64,000 bases of DNA. Source: Centroscyllium fabricii (taxonomy: Eukaryota). Below the pieces are notes generated by a model. The model made no database searches. It was not told the origin of the DNA and saw only the letters and a program-made list of their open reading frames with translations. Below, piece after piece: positions 1 to 12,304 of the stretch. The position numbers and the translations under genes are program-made. Position 1 is the first letter of the stretch. Every line of letters begins with the position of its first letter. The stretch covers positions 10,044,001-10,108,000 of the forward strand of contig JBNRSN020000010.1 in assembly GCA_051313645.2 (NCBI GenBank), read 5' to 3'.

Positions 1-635
1 CGCCCCCTGGGTGGAGAGGAGCCTGGTAATAAATCAATAGCACAATCGTATGGGCGATGTGGAGGTAGCGAAGTGGCTCTAGCCTTACTAAATACCTCCC
101 TGAAATCATGATACTCGGTAGGAACCGCAGAGAGATCAGAACTGGGAAGAGGTGTGACCGACTGACGGCCTCCAGTGGCTTGTTTTAAGCAGACTTGGTG
201 ACAGGAATGACTCCAACCCAAAATGGCTCCCGTGTTCCAGTCAATGTGGGGATTGTGACGACGAAGCCACGCGTGTCCCAGAATAAGAGGAAGCTGAGGC
301 GAATCCAGGATATGGAACCGAATGCTTTCATGATGATTCCCTGAAAACAATAAGTGAATGGGCGACGTCTGATGAGTCACTGTTCCCAGAAGGTGGCCAT
401 CAAGAGCGTTGGCAGCAACAGGTTGCGGCAGTGGACACCGGTCGATCCCCAACTGTGTAACCAGCTCCTTATCAATGATATTAACATCTGCCCCCGAGTC
501 GATAAATATGGCAAACTTCCGAGATCCTGACGGCAGAAGAAGTCGAGCCTGGCACAAAGGCCGTGAATTAGAAGAGAGTCTAATCGGAGTTCGGCTCACC
601 AGTACGACTCCCTCTACTGGTGAGTCTGGTCTTTT
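1..635 (-). CDS. pol: Gypsy (Sushi/Tf1-like) pol 5' part: aspartic protease and start of RT, in the -1 frame relative to gag; runs off the window edge
   Basis: Manual minus-strand translation is open: KRPDSPVEGVVLVS...FAIFIDSGADVNIID...LPLILGHAWLRRHNPHIDW...LPPHRPYDCAIDLLPG (protease DSG motif, ILGxxWL motif, pre-RT motif). It has no ATG of its own, so it is absent from the ORF track. Confidence 0.9.
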
Positions 636-1577
636 ACCGGGCATCCTATGACAAAATGGCCGGCCTGACCACAGTATAGGCATAAACCCCTCCTGCGGCG
701 CCGACTGTGCTCTAATGGCGAAATGCCTGTGCGGCCTAACTGCATGGGTTCGGGAATCCCTGACGTGGCCGAATCTCTGGGTGCCACGAATCTCTCCTGA
801 ACCCATTTACCAGGATGATGACCCGTCTCTCCCAATCCTCTCTCACGCTGTCGTGCCTGGATCCTTAGATCAATCCTAGTAACCAGACTGATGATCTCAT
901 CCAAAGTAGAAGGGAGATTATGTGATACTAATTCATCCTTGACGTATCCCGCCAATCCATGCAGGAAAACCTCACATTTGGCAGCCATGTTCCAATTGCT
1001 CCGACGAGCCTTGATCCGAAAATCAATGGCATAGTCCACCACCGTCTGATTTCCCTGGTTCATACTCATAAGGCCCTCAGCCGTCTCCACCTCAAAGGCT
1101 ACCCTGCCAAAAACTCTTCTCAACTCCTCAGAAAAGGTTCTGAAAGAACTGCATGCCGGAGTATCTCTCTCCCACTCGGCAGTACCCCAGAGTCTAGCTC
1201 TCCCCGAGAGATGGTTGATCATAAATGCTACTCTTGCCTTCTCGCTGGCAAAGGTGCGCGGTTGTAGGGAAAACAAAATAGAACAGTTCGTAATGAAGGG
1301 GTCGCACTGTTCTGGTTCACCAAGCTCTGGTACCGAGCTCTGGTACTCCAACCCGGGGCTCGGGTGTGAAGCTCTGAAGTAGAGGCAGGAAAACTGATTC
1401 AGCTGTTGAAACAGGTTCCGGTGTGGAAGAAGTCCCTGCTGGGTTTGCTACAGCGAACGCCCTCATGTCAGAGGTTAGCCGTTCTATTTTAGAGAACAAA
1501 TCCCCAAAAGCCTGACCCTGAAGTGTCAGGACCTCCTCCATGCGCGCCAGACATCCCGGTGTGTCTGCTGGGTTCAT
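614..1577 (-). pseudogene. gag: Gypsy (Sushi-like) gag, split by one frameshift near 1320-1346
   Basis: ORF 614-1351 has retrotransposon capsid motifs (ARVAFMINHLSGRARLW, QGNQTVVDYAIDF), EPMQLG and a CCHC knuckle (CLYCGQAGHFVIGC). The N-terminus (MNPADT..., ATG at 1577) lies in ORF 1317-1619. Confidence 0.9.
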
Positions 1578-1594
1578 GATTGGTCGGAGTGTTC

Positions 1595-2145
1595 TGTAAT
1601 GGTTCGGTTTCGAACCCAATAGCAGAACACCGGAGACAGTCTATAGTAAATGGGTGCTTTAATCCTAATTATAACAATAGTGCATATAAAGATATCAAAA
1701 CACATAGAGTATAATCCACAATGCACAATAAAGCAACAGTAGTCCAAAATACCGATAGCCGGTAAGCCAGAGTTCAAATGTCCAAACCCCAATCCTTGGT
1801 GGTTGAAAAAGCAAGGCCCAAAAGTCTGGTGCTGCAGTACTTCCAATAATCACAGTTCAGGAAAGGACACTCCTTGATCGGTGTACCAGGTAATCTCACA
1901 CGGCAGGAACCAGGAATCCAAAACGATTGGAAACGAATACAAATATAACTCCAGAAATAACAGGTAACAGGAAATAACAGAACTCTTAAACCAGCAGCAT
2001 AGAAATAACACTCCGACAAAGTCCTAGGGCTAACAGGTGGCTTATATCTAGAATTTAGACCAATCAGATGTGTTACATTACAATAGGTGATGATCCAATA
2101 ATGAACTGCAGCCTAGACATTTAAAGTGACAGTCCACCCATGACA
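1595..2145 (-). mobile_element. 5' LTR (551 bp) of the Gypsy element
   Basis: Minus strand begins TGTCA (2145) and ends TTACA (1595), directly before the PBS region and gag ATG. TATAA lies at 2046-2042. Sequence beyond 2145 aligns with the paralogous block near 52450. Confidence 0.85.
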
Positions 2146-2199
2146 CACATTGACTCCGCTCTCCATAGAGAACGATTTTCTCTTTTTTAGTAATATTCA

Positions 2200-2780
2200 G
2201 CTAACTTTGCCGTAAATATTATCTGAGGCAAAACATTCCATGGTCTATCAAACCTGTGCATAAAGACATTTCTGATAACCTCAACGTTAATTCCCTTTGT
2301 GACCATTTTAAGCGATCGTCCTTTATTGCTAGAACACTTACCACATGGAATAATCGCTCCATCTTTACTCTGAGGAGACTGTTGACAATTTTTAGCACCT
2401 CTAATAAATATCCTCTTAGCTTTCGCTGCGCCAGTGTAGGTAGTCCCAATATCTTGACCCTCATCATCAGTACAGTTCTGATACATGGCACCATCCAGGT
2501 GTATCTGCACTGCACGTTCACCTTAGATTTAATTGTCTTCCCTCAATGAGGGATTGAAGCTGTTCCATTTGTTCTAAATGTGGACTTAACAGCATCGTGT
2601 ACAGACTCGTCATCACTTGTTTTTTTCATGTGGTCAATTACCCCGTCTATAATACAGTAATTCAAGTTGATTTGCTCGTGAACGTTCTAGGAATTGGTGA
2701 TTTGGATGCCTATCGATCGCTATTTATCCACACACATCAGCTCCTTCCCATTGAGATTCTGCTACCATTCCTGGGCGTTT
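2200..2780 (-). mobile_element. Ancient CR1-type LINE ORF2 3' remnant
   Basis: LGLPTLAQRKLRGYLLEVLKIV resembles the CR1 C-terminal motif LGLFSLERRRLRGDLIEVYKI, followed by WNVLP. A paralogous copy lies at about 52500-53080. Confidence 0.65.
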
Positions 2781-3754
2781 CTAGCACAATCAGCCGAGAT
2801 CACAGATGAACAATTTGTAGCTGATTCAAAGTTGCTGCCATTTTTCTATTATTATTTGGAACAATGTGTAATAGCATAATAAAATGATAATTAGAAAATA
2901 ATATTTCTGACAGTCTGCAAGTGTTCAGCCAAACGCAGAACACAGGATATTATTTATTATTTATCTACATTAATGGCACTGTTATCAACAGATCACTTCC
3001 AACAACTGTAATAATTAATCAATTTATAAAAAATCATTGATTTTGCTATCTTTTACAATTTTGGGGGAGAATGATTGCGACACAATATCAGTAACATTAC
3101 TTATGATATTTTTATTGACAGCGCAAAACACGAGCCGTATCCATCGTTGTGCTGATCTGATTGAGAGACACCAGTCAACGCACAATCGAGATGTTAAGTC
3201 AGTATCTTGGACTAAAGAATGGAAAATTCACATCGATCAGCCACGTTTCGACTCATTTCTGCATTCGATATCTGATGCCCACTCCATTCGTCAATGAGGA
3301 ATGGTGCCGATAGAGAGACACACACCTGCAATTTTCACATCAACCTTCTAGGAAATTACCAATATCGGTGATCGCCTGACTTTTGATTGTTTCTGCACCG
3401 AATTAAATTTTATTGATAATTTTAAAGTGGTGTGCCCGATCCCTGTACCTGCAGTGTAAGGTCGATTCCTCTTTTGCCTAAATGTCCACTGCTGAAACTC
3501 ATCATTGTTATCATTGACCGTTGAACTTGAAAAGTTCCAAATTTGCAGCAGTAGGAAATGTTTACGAAACGAAAGAAGCTTGGAACATTATACATTGGAT
3601 TGACCAAACGCACGCTGCAAAATTGATAAAATGTTCTCACGAGTTCTCTCCCATTTTTAACATTACCAGAAAAAATGACGTTCAACGGTGAAAAATGAGT
3701 TCAAAAGAACATTTAGTTACGAGGAAGATTTATTTTGATTGATTACTTTAATCC

Positions 3755-4659
3755 TCATTTTCTACATAATCCTAGAATTAATGTCCAGGGTAATTTCACC
3801 AACTTCTTCAGCTCTTCTCTGAATTTTTTCTGCGTGGCGACATAAATACAAGGGTTTTGAAAGCAGCTCAAAAACTTCAACATTGTTCCAGTTTCAGTGG
3901 CGATATATCCAGGGTGTGTGCGGTCACCTCGGTAAGAAGCGATGTTTGTCATTCTGGTAGTTACAAAACTCACGGCAGTTGTCAGCCACAACAATATAAA
4001 ACAGCCCGATATAGCGAAGAGTAATATGATGGATTTCCGTCGGTTGTCCAACTCTGGATCGTTGTGATTTTCACTCCTCTGAACACGGAGACCCCTACGG
4101 GCTCTGCTGGCCACTAAAATACGTCTGATTGTCAAATAATTAAACAAGGAAATTAACATAAAAGGAAGCCAAACGCCCCAGGCGCTGTGAAACCAAATGA
4201 AGGCTACACCTGCAATAGAGGAAACAAAAGCCACACTGTTCCGGCAGCCCCACTGCACCTTGTTAATTATTTGCTGTGGTTCAAATGCATACAAAATGGG
4301 GATATTTTTTGAAAAGTTTAGGACCGAAATAGCTGTTAAAACCGCGACCGCAGTCCTCTCCGTGCAATATTTTGCTTTAAATTTCTGGCAGCAAATAACA
4401 ACACATCGGTCAAATGTGAAGCAGACGGTGAACCAAACAGAGAGATCGAGGTTGACAGCAGTCATATATAGAATGAACGTACACACGGGGGTGTGGTACA
4501 GGAGTGAAAGTGGAAAGCGATAATTGAAAATATGATACACTATTACATTAATGATCAAGACAAGTAGATCTGCCGTTGCCATGGCAACCATGTAGACAGA
4601 GATACACCTGGTAAGTCCGCAGCTTCCTCGGAAGATAATCACCATTGTCACCAAGTTCG
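3755..4659 (-). CDS. GPR139/GPR142-like class A GPCR, copy 1, exon 2
   Basis: 7TM hallmarks: MATADLL (TM2), FTFDRC (DRY-like), NPCIY (NPxxY), FREEL helix 8. The acceptor tctctctttcttacAG ends at 4660. With exon 1 the CDS is 975 nt (324 aa plus stop). Confidence 0.92.
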
Positions 4660-5044
4660 CTGTAAGAAAGAGAGAGCAGAGAAATCATGTTCCAGAGTCT
4701 GATCAAATCGATATGGAGAAAGCTGTTGATAGCGATTTACTCCAGTCAGCTAGATTATCAACACAGAGCAGTGTAACAACAGGATTCGTTTTGGAGCCCT
4801 TTCCGGGGAAACCCACCCGCATATTTTAATGAGTTGCTGCAGTGCTCACTCTGCACGAGCTGACAAGAGGATGGGAAACCCTCTAGAAAATATTGTGTTG
4901 GTGCTTCAAAGAAAGCTGTAATTTCACTAAGGTTATGGAATTAAGCACACTCACGGTTCAGGATGTTGTTCTCATCACTACCTTATGTTTAATGCAGCCA
5001 TCTCGAGAACTCCGATAAAAATGAAATAGGTTAGCATCACTCAC

Positions 5045-5114
5045 CGGGGACACCAACGGCCGCTAGAATCGGGTAGTAAATATCTTTGATCAGCAGAGAA
5101 TTTGGTCGCTCCAT
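5045..5114 (-). CDS. GPCR copy 1, exon 1 (MERPNSLLIKDIYYPILAAVGVP)
   Basis: ATG at 5114, 70 nt long, phase-1 donor G|GTGAGT at 5044. Joins exon 2 in frame to give the TM1 motif GVPANL. Confidence 0.88.
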
Positions 5115-5189
5115 TTTCTGTGAGAATGGATGAATTCTGTCAGAGCAAAAGAGCTCTGACTGGCGTACGGCTGAGGCAATGGGAGGGAA

Positions 5190-5312
5190 CCTATATTTAT
5201 CCACAAGTCAATGCTCCACCGAATCAATCAGGTTAAGTCATAATTTGCATTAGTTACAGTCATTAAACAAATAGGCTAACGTAATTTGGTTTATCTGACA
5301 CGTCAGATTAAG
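5190..5312 (-). promoter_or_regulatory. Conserved proximal promoter of GPCR copy 1
   Basis: TATA-like ATAAATATAG (~5191-5200), octamer ATTTGCAT (~5243), forkhead-like TAAACAAA (~5264) and CRE-like CACGTCA (~5299). Strongly conserved with 58227-58352. Confidence 0.55.
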
Positions 5313-5539
5313 AGAAATATGTGAATTTTTTGTTGGATAGTATTGCAAAATACAGAATTAATATATTGTTTACGAGTAGTAAGTGCAATCAGGCAGTACT
5401 AGTGATGCCCCTAATCCCCAACACCAGCTGAAGGCAGCAACACAGGCAACGATTGTGATGACCCTGCCCTTGATTCACTCCGATAGCAAAACCTCCCACA
5501 GAACAGACGGCAAAATATATCCTGCAATAATGGCGATGA

Positions 5540-8500
5540 TCCCAGTCTGGCAGCAGTACAGGTGACAGTGCTGCTACCGAATTAGTGGTGCCCAACATAT
5601 AGATTAGAGGGAGCCCCCCCTCCATATAATAATGGCAAAATACACTTATGCTAGATGTGACCGTGCACCTCAGGTACTCGTACAATGCCTACACTGGAGT
5701 TGAACGTGCTGCTTTAGTAATAATGGTAGCACTACATGAACACTACTATCGAAGGTGCTCCTCTGCTATAGGTGGAAGCACCGTCATACACGAGATCTGC
5801 GTGAGCTCGTCCTGCACATTAGTACCTCTACATTTACAATGGATGTGACGGTCCCTCTCCTGCGCCAGTGCTATGACTACACTGACATTCATGTGACAGT
5901 ACCCTTCCGTTCCCGGTGCTAACCGTACACTGGCATTATATATGACCGTGCCCCTCCTATTTTAGTGCTACATTGACACTAGATGTCACCGTGTCCCTCC
6001 TGTCCCAGTGTTCACCCTACGCTGACAAAATATGTGACCATTTTCCTATTTTCTGTGTGCTATCCGTACACTGACACAAGACGTGACCATGCTCATCCTG
6101 TTCCAGTGTTAATCCTTCACTAATAGAAGTTGTGAACGGGTCTCTGCTGTCCCAGTGATACAACGAAACTGACAAGATATGTGACCGTGTCACACCTGTT
6201 CCAGTTTAACCACTGCAATTACACCAGCTGTGACCGTGTAACTCCTGTAGCAGTGCTGCCATACCGCTACACTTACAGTAGATGTGACAGTGCTTCTGCT
6301 GCCCTAGTGTTAAAACTACACTTATAAAAGATGTGACATTGTCCCTCCTGTCCAAGGGCTACACCTACAATGACAAAAGATGTTACTGTGTCTGACATGT
6401 GCCAATTTTACCTCAACTAATGCAATAGATTTGACTGTGCCTCTTTTGTGCCAGTGTTAACCCTACACTGTCACTAGATTTGACCGTGCCATTCCTGTCC
6501 CAGTTTCACCCATACACTCATACTAGATTTTCCGTGCCACTCCTGTCCCATTGTTACCAGTACACTGCCATTTTGATATGACCTTGCCCCGCCTGTCCCT
6601 ATGCTGCACATGCACTTAAACTTGATATGTGTTTTCCCCACATTTCCCAGTGTAACTCCTACACACACAATAGATGAGACATGTGCCCCCGCTGACCCCG
6701 TGTTACCGCTAAAGCTACACGAGGTTTGCCTGTGTCCCACCGGTCCAAGTGCTAGAACGACGCATACACTGCATGTGACCATTCAACTCCCATTTACTGC
6801 TACCCATACACAGACACGAGACATAACAAGCCCCTCCTATTCCACCGTTACCCCTACACGTACACTAGATGTGTGCTTGCCCCTACTGTCCCACTGCTAA
6901 CGCTAAATTTAAATTAGAGGACAGCGTGCCTCGCCTGTCCAATTATATACCCTACACTTACACTAGATTTGATAGTGCGTCTCCCTTCCCATGCTTTCCC
7001 TGCACTGTATCTAGGTGTGACGGTGACCCTCCTGTCCCAGTGCTACCCCTATACTTAGACTAGGTATATCAGTTCTCCTCCTGCCCCAGGTTTACCCATA
7101 CGCTTTCACAAGATGGGTGCGTTTCCATCCTCTCTCAGTGCAACACCTGCACTTACACTAGATGTGATCGTGCTCCTGCTCTCCTAGTGTTACCGCTACA
7201 CTGATACAAGATGTGACCGTGCACCTCATGTCCCAGTGCTACCCCAGCATTTAAGCTAGTTGTGAACGAGGCCCTCCAGACCCATTGCTATCCATACAAT
7301 GACACGACATGTGAGCATATCCCTGCTGTCCTAATGTCACACCTACACTTACACAATATATGACCGTGCCCCTCCTGTCTCAGTGCTACACGTACACTCT
7401 CATGGGATGCGAACGTTTCCCTCCTGTACCAGCACTAAAACTACACTGACACTAGCTGTCAATGTGCTTATCCTATCCGAGTGCTAACCTTAAATTTACA
7501 CTAGATGTACCCGAGGACCTCCAGTCCCATTGCTACCACTACACTGCCACGAAATCTGAGAGTGCCCCTGCTGTCCATGTGCTACCCCTACGATTAAACT
7601 AATTGCGACTATGCCCCTCCTGTCCCAGTGAGATGGCTACGCTGACATTAGATGTGGCCGTGCGCTTTCTTTCTGAGTGTTACACCTACCCTGATCTAGA
7701 TGTGAATGTATCCCTCCTGTCGCAGTGTCACCCCTACAATTACACTAGATGTGACTGTGGCCCTCGAGTCCCTCTGTGACCACAGCAGTGACAAAGGGTT
7801 TCAAGATGCCCCCCTGTCCCAGTGCTTAAACTGCACTGACACAGGATGTGACGGTGTTCCGACTGTCCCAGTGCTATCGCTACACTGACAGTAGATATTG
7901 CCGTGTCTTTCATGTACTAATTTTACCACTTTTATTACACTAGATGTGACGGTGTCCTTCCTGTACCAGTTCTAACCGTACATTTACACTAGATGTGACA
8001 CTACCATTTCATTACTAGTAACCTTGCCCCTCCTGCCCCAGTGTTACACCTACACTGGCATTAGATTAGACCGTGCCCTTACTTTTTCAGTGATACTACT
8101 ATATGCACACATTACATGAACGTGTCCATTCATTCCCAGTGCTAACCCCGCACTGAAACTAGATGTGAACGTGTTCTCCTATCCCCGTACTAAAATAATA
8201 TTTACATTGATGTGACCGAGGCCCTCGAGTCTAAGATGTACACCTACAAACCGTGTATCAGTGTCATTCTTACATTTATACTAGATGCGATCGAGCCCCT
8301 CCAGTCTCAGTGATACCAGTTCACTGCCATTGGATGTGACTGTGTCCCTCCTATTCCATTGCTACAACTTTATTTGCACTAGATGTGACCGAGAGCCTCC
8401 TGTCGCATTGTTACCACTTTATTTGCAATATTTTCGACCGAGACCCTCCTGTCCCAGTTTAAATACTGCACTGACACTAGATGTGATAATACCGCTCCTG

Positions 8501-10537
8501 TCCCTATACTACCCCTACACTTACAATAGATGTGAACAGACACTACCTCCCACAATGATACGCTACACAGACTATAGATGTGAGTATGCCCCTCCTGTCC
8601 GAATGCTGCACATGCATTTACACTGAATGTGACCGAGAGAAAATTTGACAGTGCCCCCCAGTTGCTGTATTACATCTGCACTTAAAAATGATGTGACAAT
8701 CCCCCTCCAGTCCCAGTGTTCCCCCTGCACCGAGTTAGATGTGACCGTCTCCCTCCTGTCCCACTTTTACACCTACATTTGCACTAGATGCAACCGAGGC
8801 CCTCCAGTGCCAGTGCTACACCTACACTGAAACTCTATGTGACAATGACCCTACTGTCACAGTGTTAAAACTACACTGACACAAGATGTGACCTTGCTTC
8901 TCCTGGCCCAGTGCTACCCCTATTCTGAGAATAGAAGCTATCCTGTCACGCATGTCCACGTTTTAACACTACTAGTGCATTAGATGTGACTGTGCCCCTC
9001 CTGACGCAACGTTAACACTGATAATAGGTTTGACTTTGCCTCTACTTATCCATAGTACACCTATAATAAAAGTAGATTTGAACGTAACCCACCTTTCAAA
9101 GAGCTACACCAAAACTTACACGAAACATAAGCATGCCCCTCCTGTCCCTTTGCTACACATAAACGTACACTTGATTGCACCTTTCACCTAATTTCCCAGT
9201 GTTACACCGACAATCACACTGGATGTGAACTATGCCCTCCTGTCGCTGTGCTGAAGCTACACCTACGCTGAATGTTACAGTGTCCCATATGTCCCTGTAT
9301 TGAAGCTACACTTACAGTAGATGAGACGGTGCCACACCTGCCCAAGTGCTACCCCTACACCTACACTAGATGTGTCCATGCAACGCATGTTCAGTGCTAC
9401 CCATAGACAGACACTAAATATGACAAAGCCCCTCCTGTCCCAGTGTTAATGTTTCAATTACTGTAGATGTGGCTGTGCCTCACTTGTCGAAGTGTAAATC
9501 CTACCGTCACACCAGATGTGAGGGTGCCCATCCCGTCCCTGTGCTATCGCTACGCTGAATCTGCATGTGACATTACCCCTCCTGTCCCAGTGCTACCCTA
9601 ACCATACACCAGATATGGCAGGTCTCCTGCTATCCCAGTGCTACTACTATGCTTACACTGTGAACGTACCCTCATGTCCAGGTTTTCCCCCTACTCGGAA
9701 ACAAGAGGAGTCTGAACCTATCGTGCCGCAGTGTTACACATGCACTGATACTAGATCTGACTGTACCCTTTCTGTGGAAGTGCTACACCCACATTTACAT
9801 TAGACTTGACCTTCCCCTCCTCTCCCAGCATTAACCCAAAAATGATACAAGATGTGAATGAGCCACGCCTGCCCCAGTGCTACACCTTCACTTAAACCGG
9901 ATGTGAATTAAGCCTTCCAGTCCCAGGGCGACCAATATACTGTCAGGATATGTGGCAGTGCCACTCCTATCCCAGCATTACCCCGAAACATACACTAGAT
10001 GTTGCCGTGACCCTCCTGTCTCAGTGCTTCATCTACATGTACACTAGATCTGACCGAGCTGCTCCTGGCCCCGTGCGACACTTACACTAATAATAGATGT
10101 GACAGTGTCCCTCCTGTGGCAGTGCTGCACATATAATTGCACTGCATGTGACCGAACCACACCTTTCCCTGTGCTATCCCTAAATTTACACTAGGTGTGA
10201 CAGTGCACCTCCCTCTGCTACCCCTACATTTACACTAGATTTGACTGTGCCCTTCCTGTCCGTGTATTATCCGTGCAATGTCGCATGAGGTGAACATGCC
10301 CCTCCTGCCCCAGTGTTTCGTCTACACTGAAACTAGTTGTAACCGTGTCTCTCCTGTCCCATATGGGAACACTACACTGACGATAGATTTGACCATTCCC
10401 ATCCTGGCCCAGTGCTACCCTTTCGCCCATACTAGATGTGACTGTGCCACTCGTGTCCCATTGCTATCCCTACACTTACACTAGATTTGACTGTGCCACA
10501 ACTGTCCCAGTGCTATTGCTACACCGACACAAGATGT
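5540..10537 (+). repeat. 49-bp diverged tandem satellite, array 1 segment a
   Basis: Consensus approximately CTACACTGACACTAGATGTGACCGTGCCCCTCCTGTCCCAGTGCTACCC. Monomers are most decayed at 5540-5830. Confidence 0.92.
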
Positions 10538-12304
10538 CTGCCAAACAAAATCAGACACTGAAGATAGAGGAACACTTTCACAACACTCGGACCCACGACG
10601 TATGTGGCAAGGCATACAGTCCATCATGGACTACAAGTGCAGAAACACCAGCCCCCCGACTTGCGATGCCTCCCTAATGGAGGACTCAACAACTTCTATG
10701 CTCGCTTCGACAGGGACAACAGGGAGCAAGCCACCAAAGTCCTGCAATCCCCGGAAGACCAGACATTAACACTGTCCTGCTCCGTTAGAGGTGCTCTACG
10801 TAGAGTAAACGCATGGAAGGCTGCAGGTCCTGATGGCATCCCCGGCCGGGCACACAAAGAATGTGCCGAACAACTGCCTGAAGTCTTCACTGACATCTTC
10901 AACCTGTCACTGGCGAAGGCAGCTGCCCCTACCTGCTTGAAGACCGCCACCATCATCCCTGTGCCCAAGAAAACGGCCGTGACGTGCCTGAACACCTACC
11001 GCCCTGTCGCACTTACACCCATTATCATGAAGTGTTTCGAGCGGCTGGTGCTTTCCCACATCAAAGTCAGCATCCCCACCACCCTGGACCAATACCAGTT
11101 TGCCTACCATGGGAATAGATCTACAGAAGATGCTATCACTACGGCTCTTCACTCTGCACTAAACCACCTGGATAGCAAAGATACGTATGTCAGAATGTTG
11201 TTTATTGACTACAGCTCAGCATTCAACACCATCGTCCCCAGCAAATTGTCTAACAAACTCCTCACCCTCGGCCTGAACACCTCCCTCTGCATCTGAACGC
11301 TGGACTTCCTAACCAACAGACCACAGTCTGTGAAGTTAGTCAAACTCACCTGCCCCCCTTACCCTGAACACGGGGGCCCCACAAGGTTGTGTGCTGAGCC
11401 CCCTCCTCTACTCCCTCTTCACTCACGACTGTGCGGCTGTCCATGGCGCCAACACGATCATCAATTTTGCGGATGACACCACGGTGGTTGGCCAGATCAC
11501 CAACAACGACGAGTCAGCCTACAGGGATGAGATCCAGCGCCTTGTGGGTTGGTGTGCCGACAACAACCTGGCACTGAACACCAAGAAAACTAAGGAGATC
11601 ATAGTGGACTTCTGGAGGACTGGAAGCAGAAGACACATCCTCTACTTCATCCAAGGGGCTGAGGTGGAAAGGGAGTCCAGCTTCATGTTCCTCGGGGTCC
11701 ACATCTCGGTAGATCTCTCCTGGTCACTAAACACCTCCTCTCTGGTTACGAAGGCCCAACAGCGCCTGTACTTCCTAAAGAAGCTGAAGAAAGCCAGGCT
11801 GTCATCCGGCATCCTCTCCTACTTCTACCGCTGCACAATAGAAAGCATACTGACAAGCTGCATCACTGTCTGGTATGGAAATTGCTCTATCTCGGACCGG
11901 AAAAACATGCAGCGAATAGTGAAAACTGCCCAACGAATCACCGGTACACAGCTACCGTCAATGGAAAGCATCTACCTCAAACGCTGCTTACGGAGGTCTC
12001 TGAACATTAGTAAAGACCACACACACACCAGCCACAGTCTGTTCGCCCCCCTGCCCTCCGGGAGCCGCTACAGAGCAATTCGAACCTGCACGACTAGATT
12101 TAAGAACAGCTTCTTCCCCAGGGCTTTCAGCCTCCTGAACTCTAAAAATAAACTCCGGCACCTGCACGCCTGATAATGTACTTTACTGTATGCAATTTGC
12201 ATGTAATTTATTTGGATTACTCTCGGTAGTGTCGAGTCTTCTCCTCGTTGTATTGTACTAGTACTCTGCAATGACAATAAAACTTGAATTGAATTGAATT
12301 GAAT
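10538..12304 (+). mobile_element. Rex1/Babar non-LTR retrotransposon, 5'-truncated and disrupted
   Basis: RT motifs [55 protein letters not shown] and FADD. Ends with AATAAA and a (TTGAA)n tail at about 12283-12304. Confidence 0.93.

Larger units (their letters stand above)
2146..5900. repeat. Segmental duplication block A (GPCR, flanks, promoter, satellite edge), paralogous to 52445-58930
   Basis: Colinear similarity by eye through the downstream flank, both exons, intron, promoter and first satellite monomers. Confidence 0.9.

Noticed and set aside
614-1351. Domesticated PEG10/RTL-like host gene
   Set aside because: It retains an LTR, PBS and pol, and gag is frameshifted, so it is an ordinary retrotransposon copy.
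4197-4523. Antisense ORFs over the GPCR exons (also 56160-56423) and over LINE RTs
   Set aside because: Shadow frames of real coding sequence, with no independent motifs.
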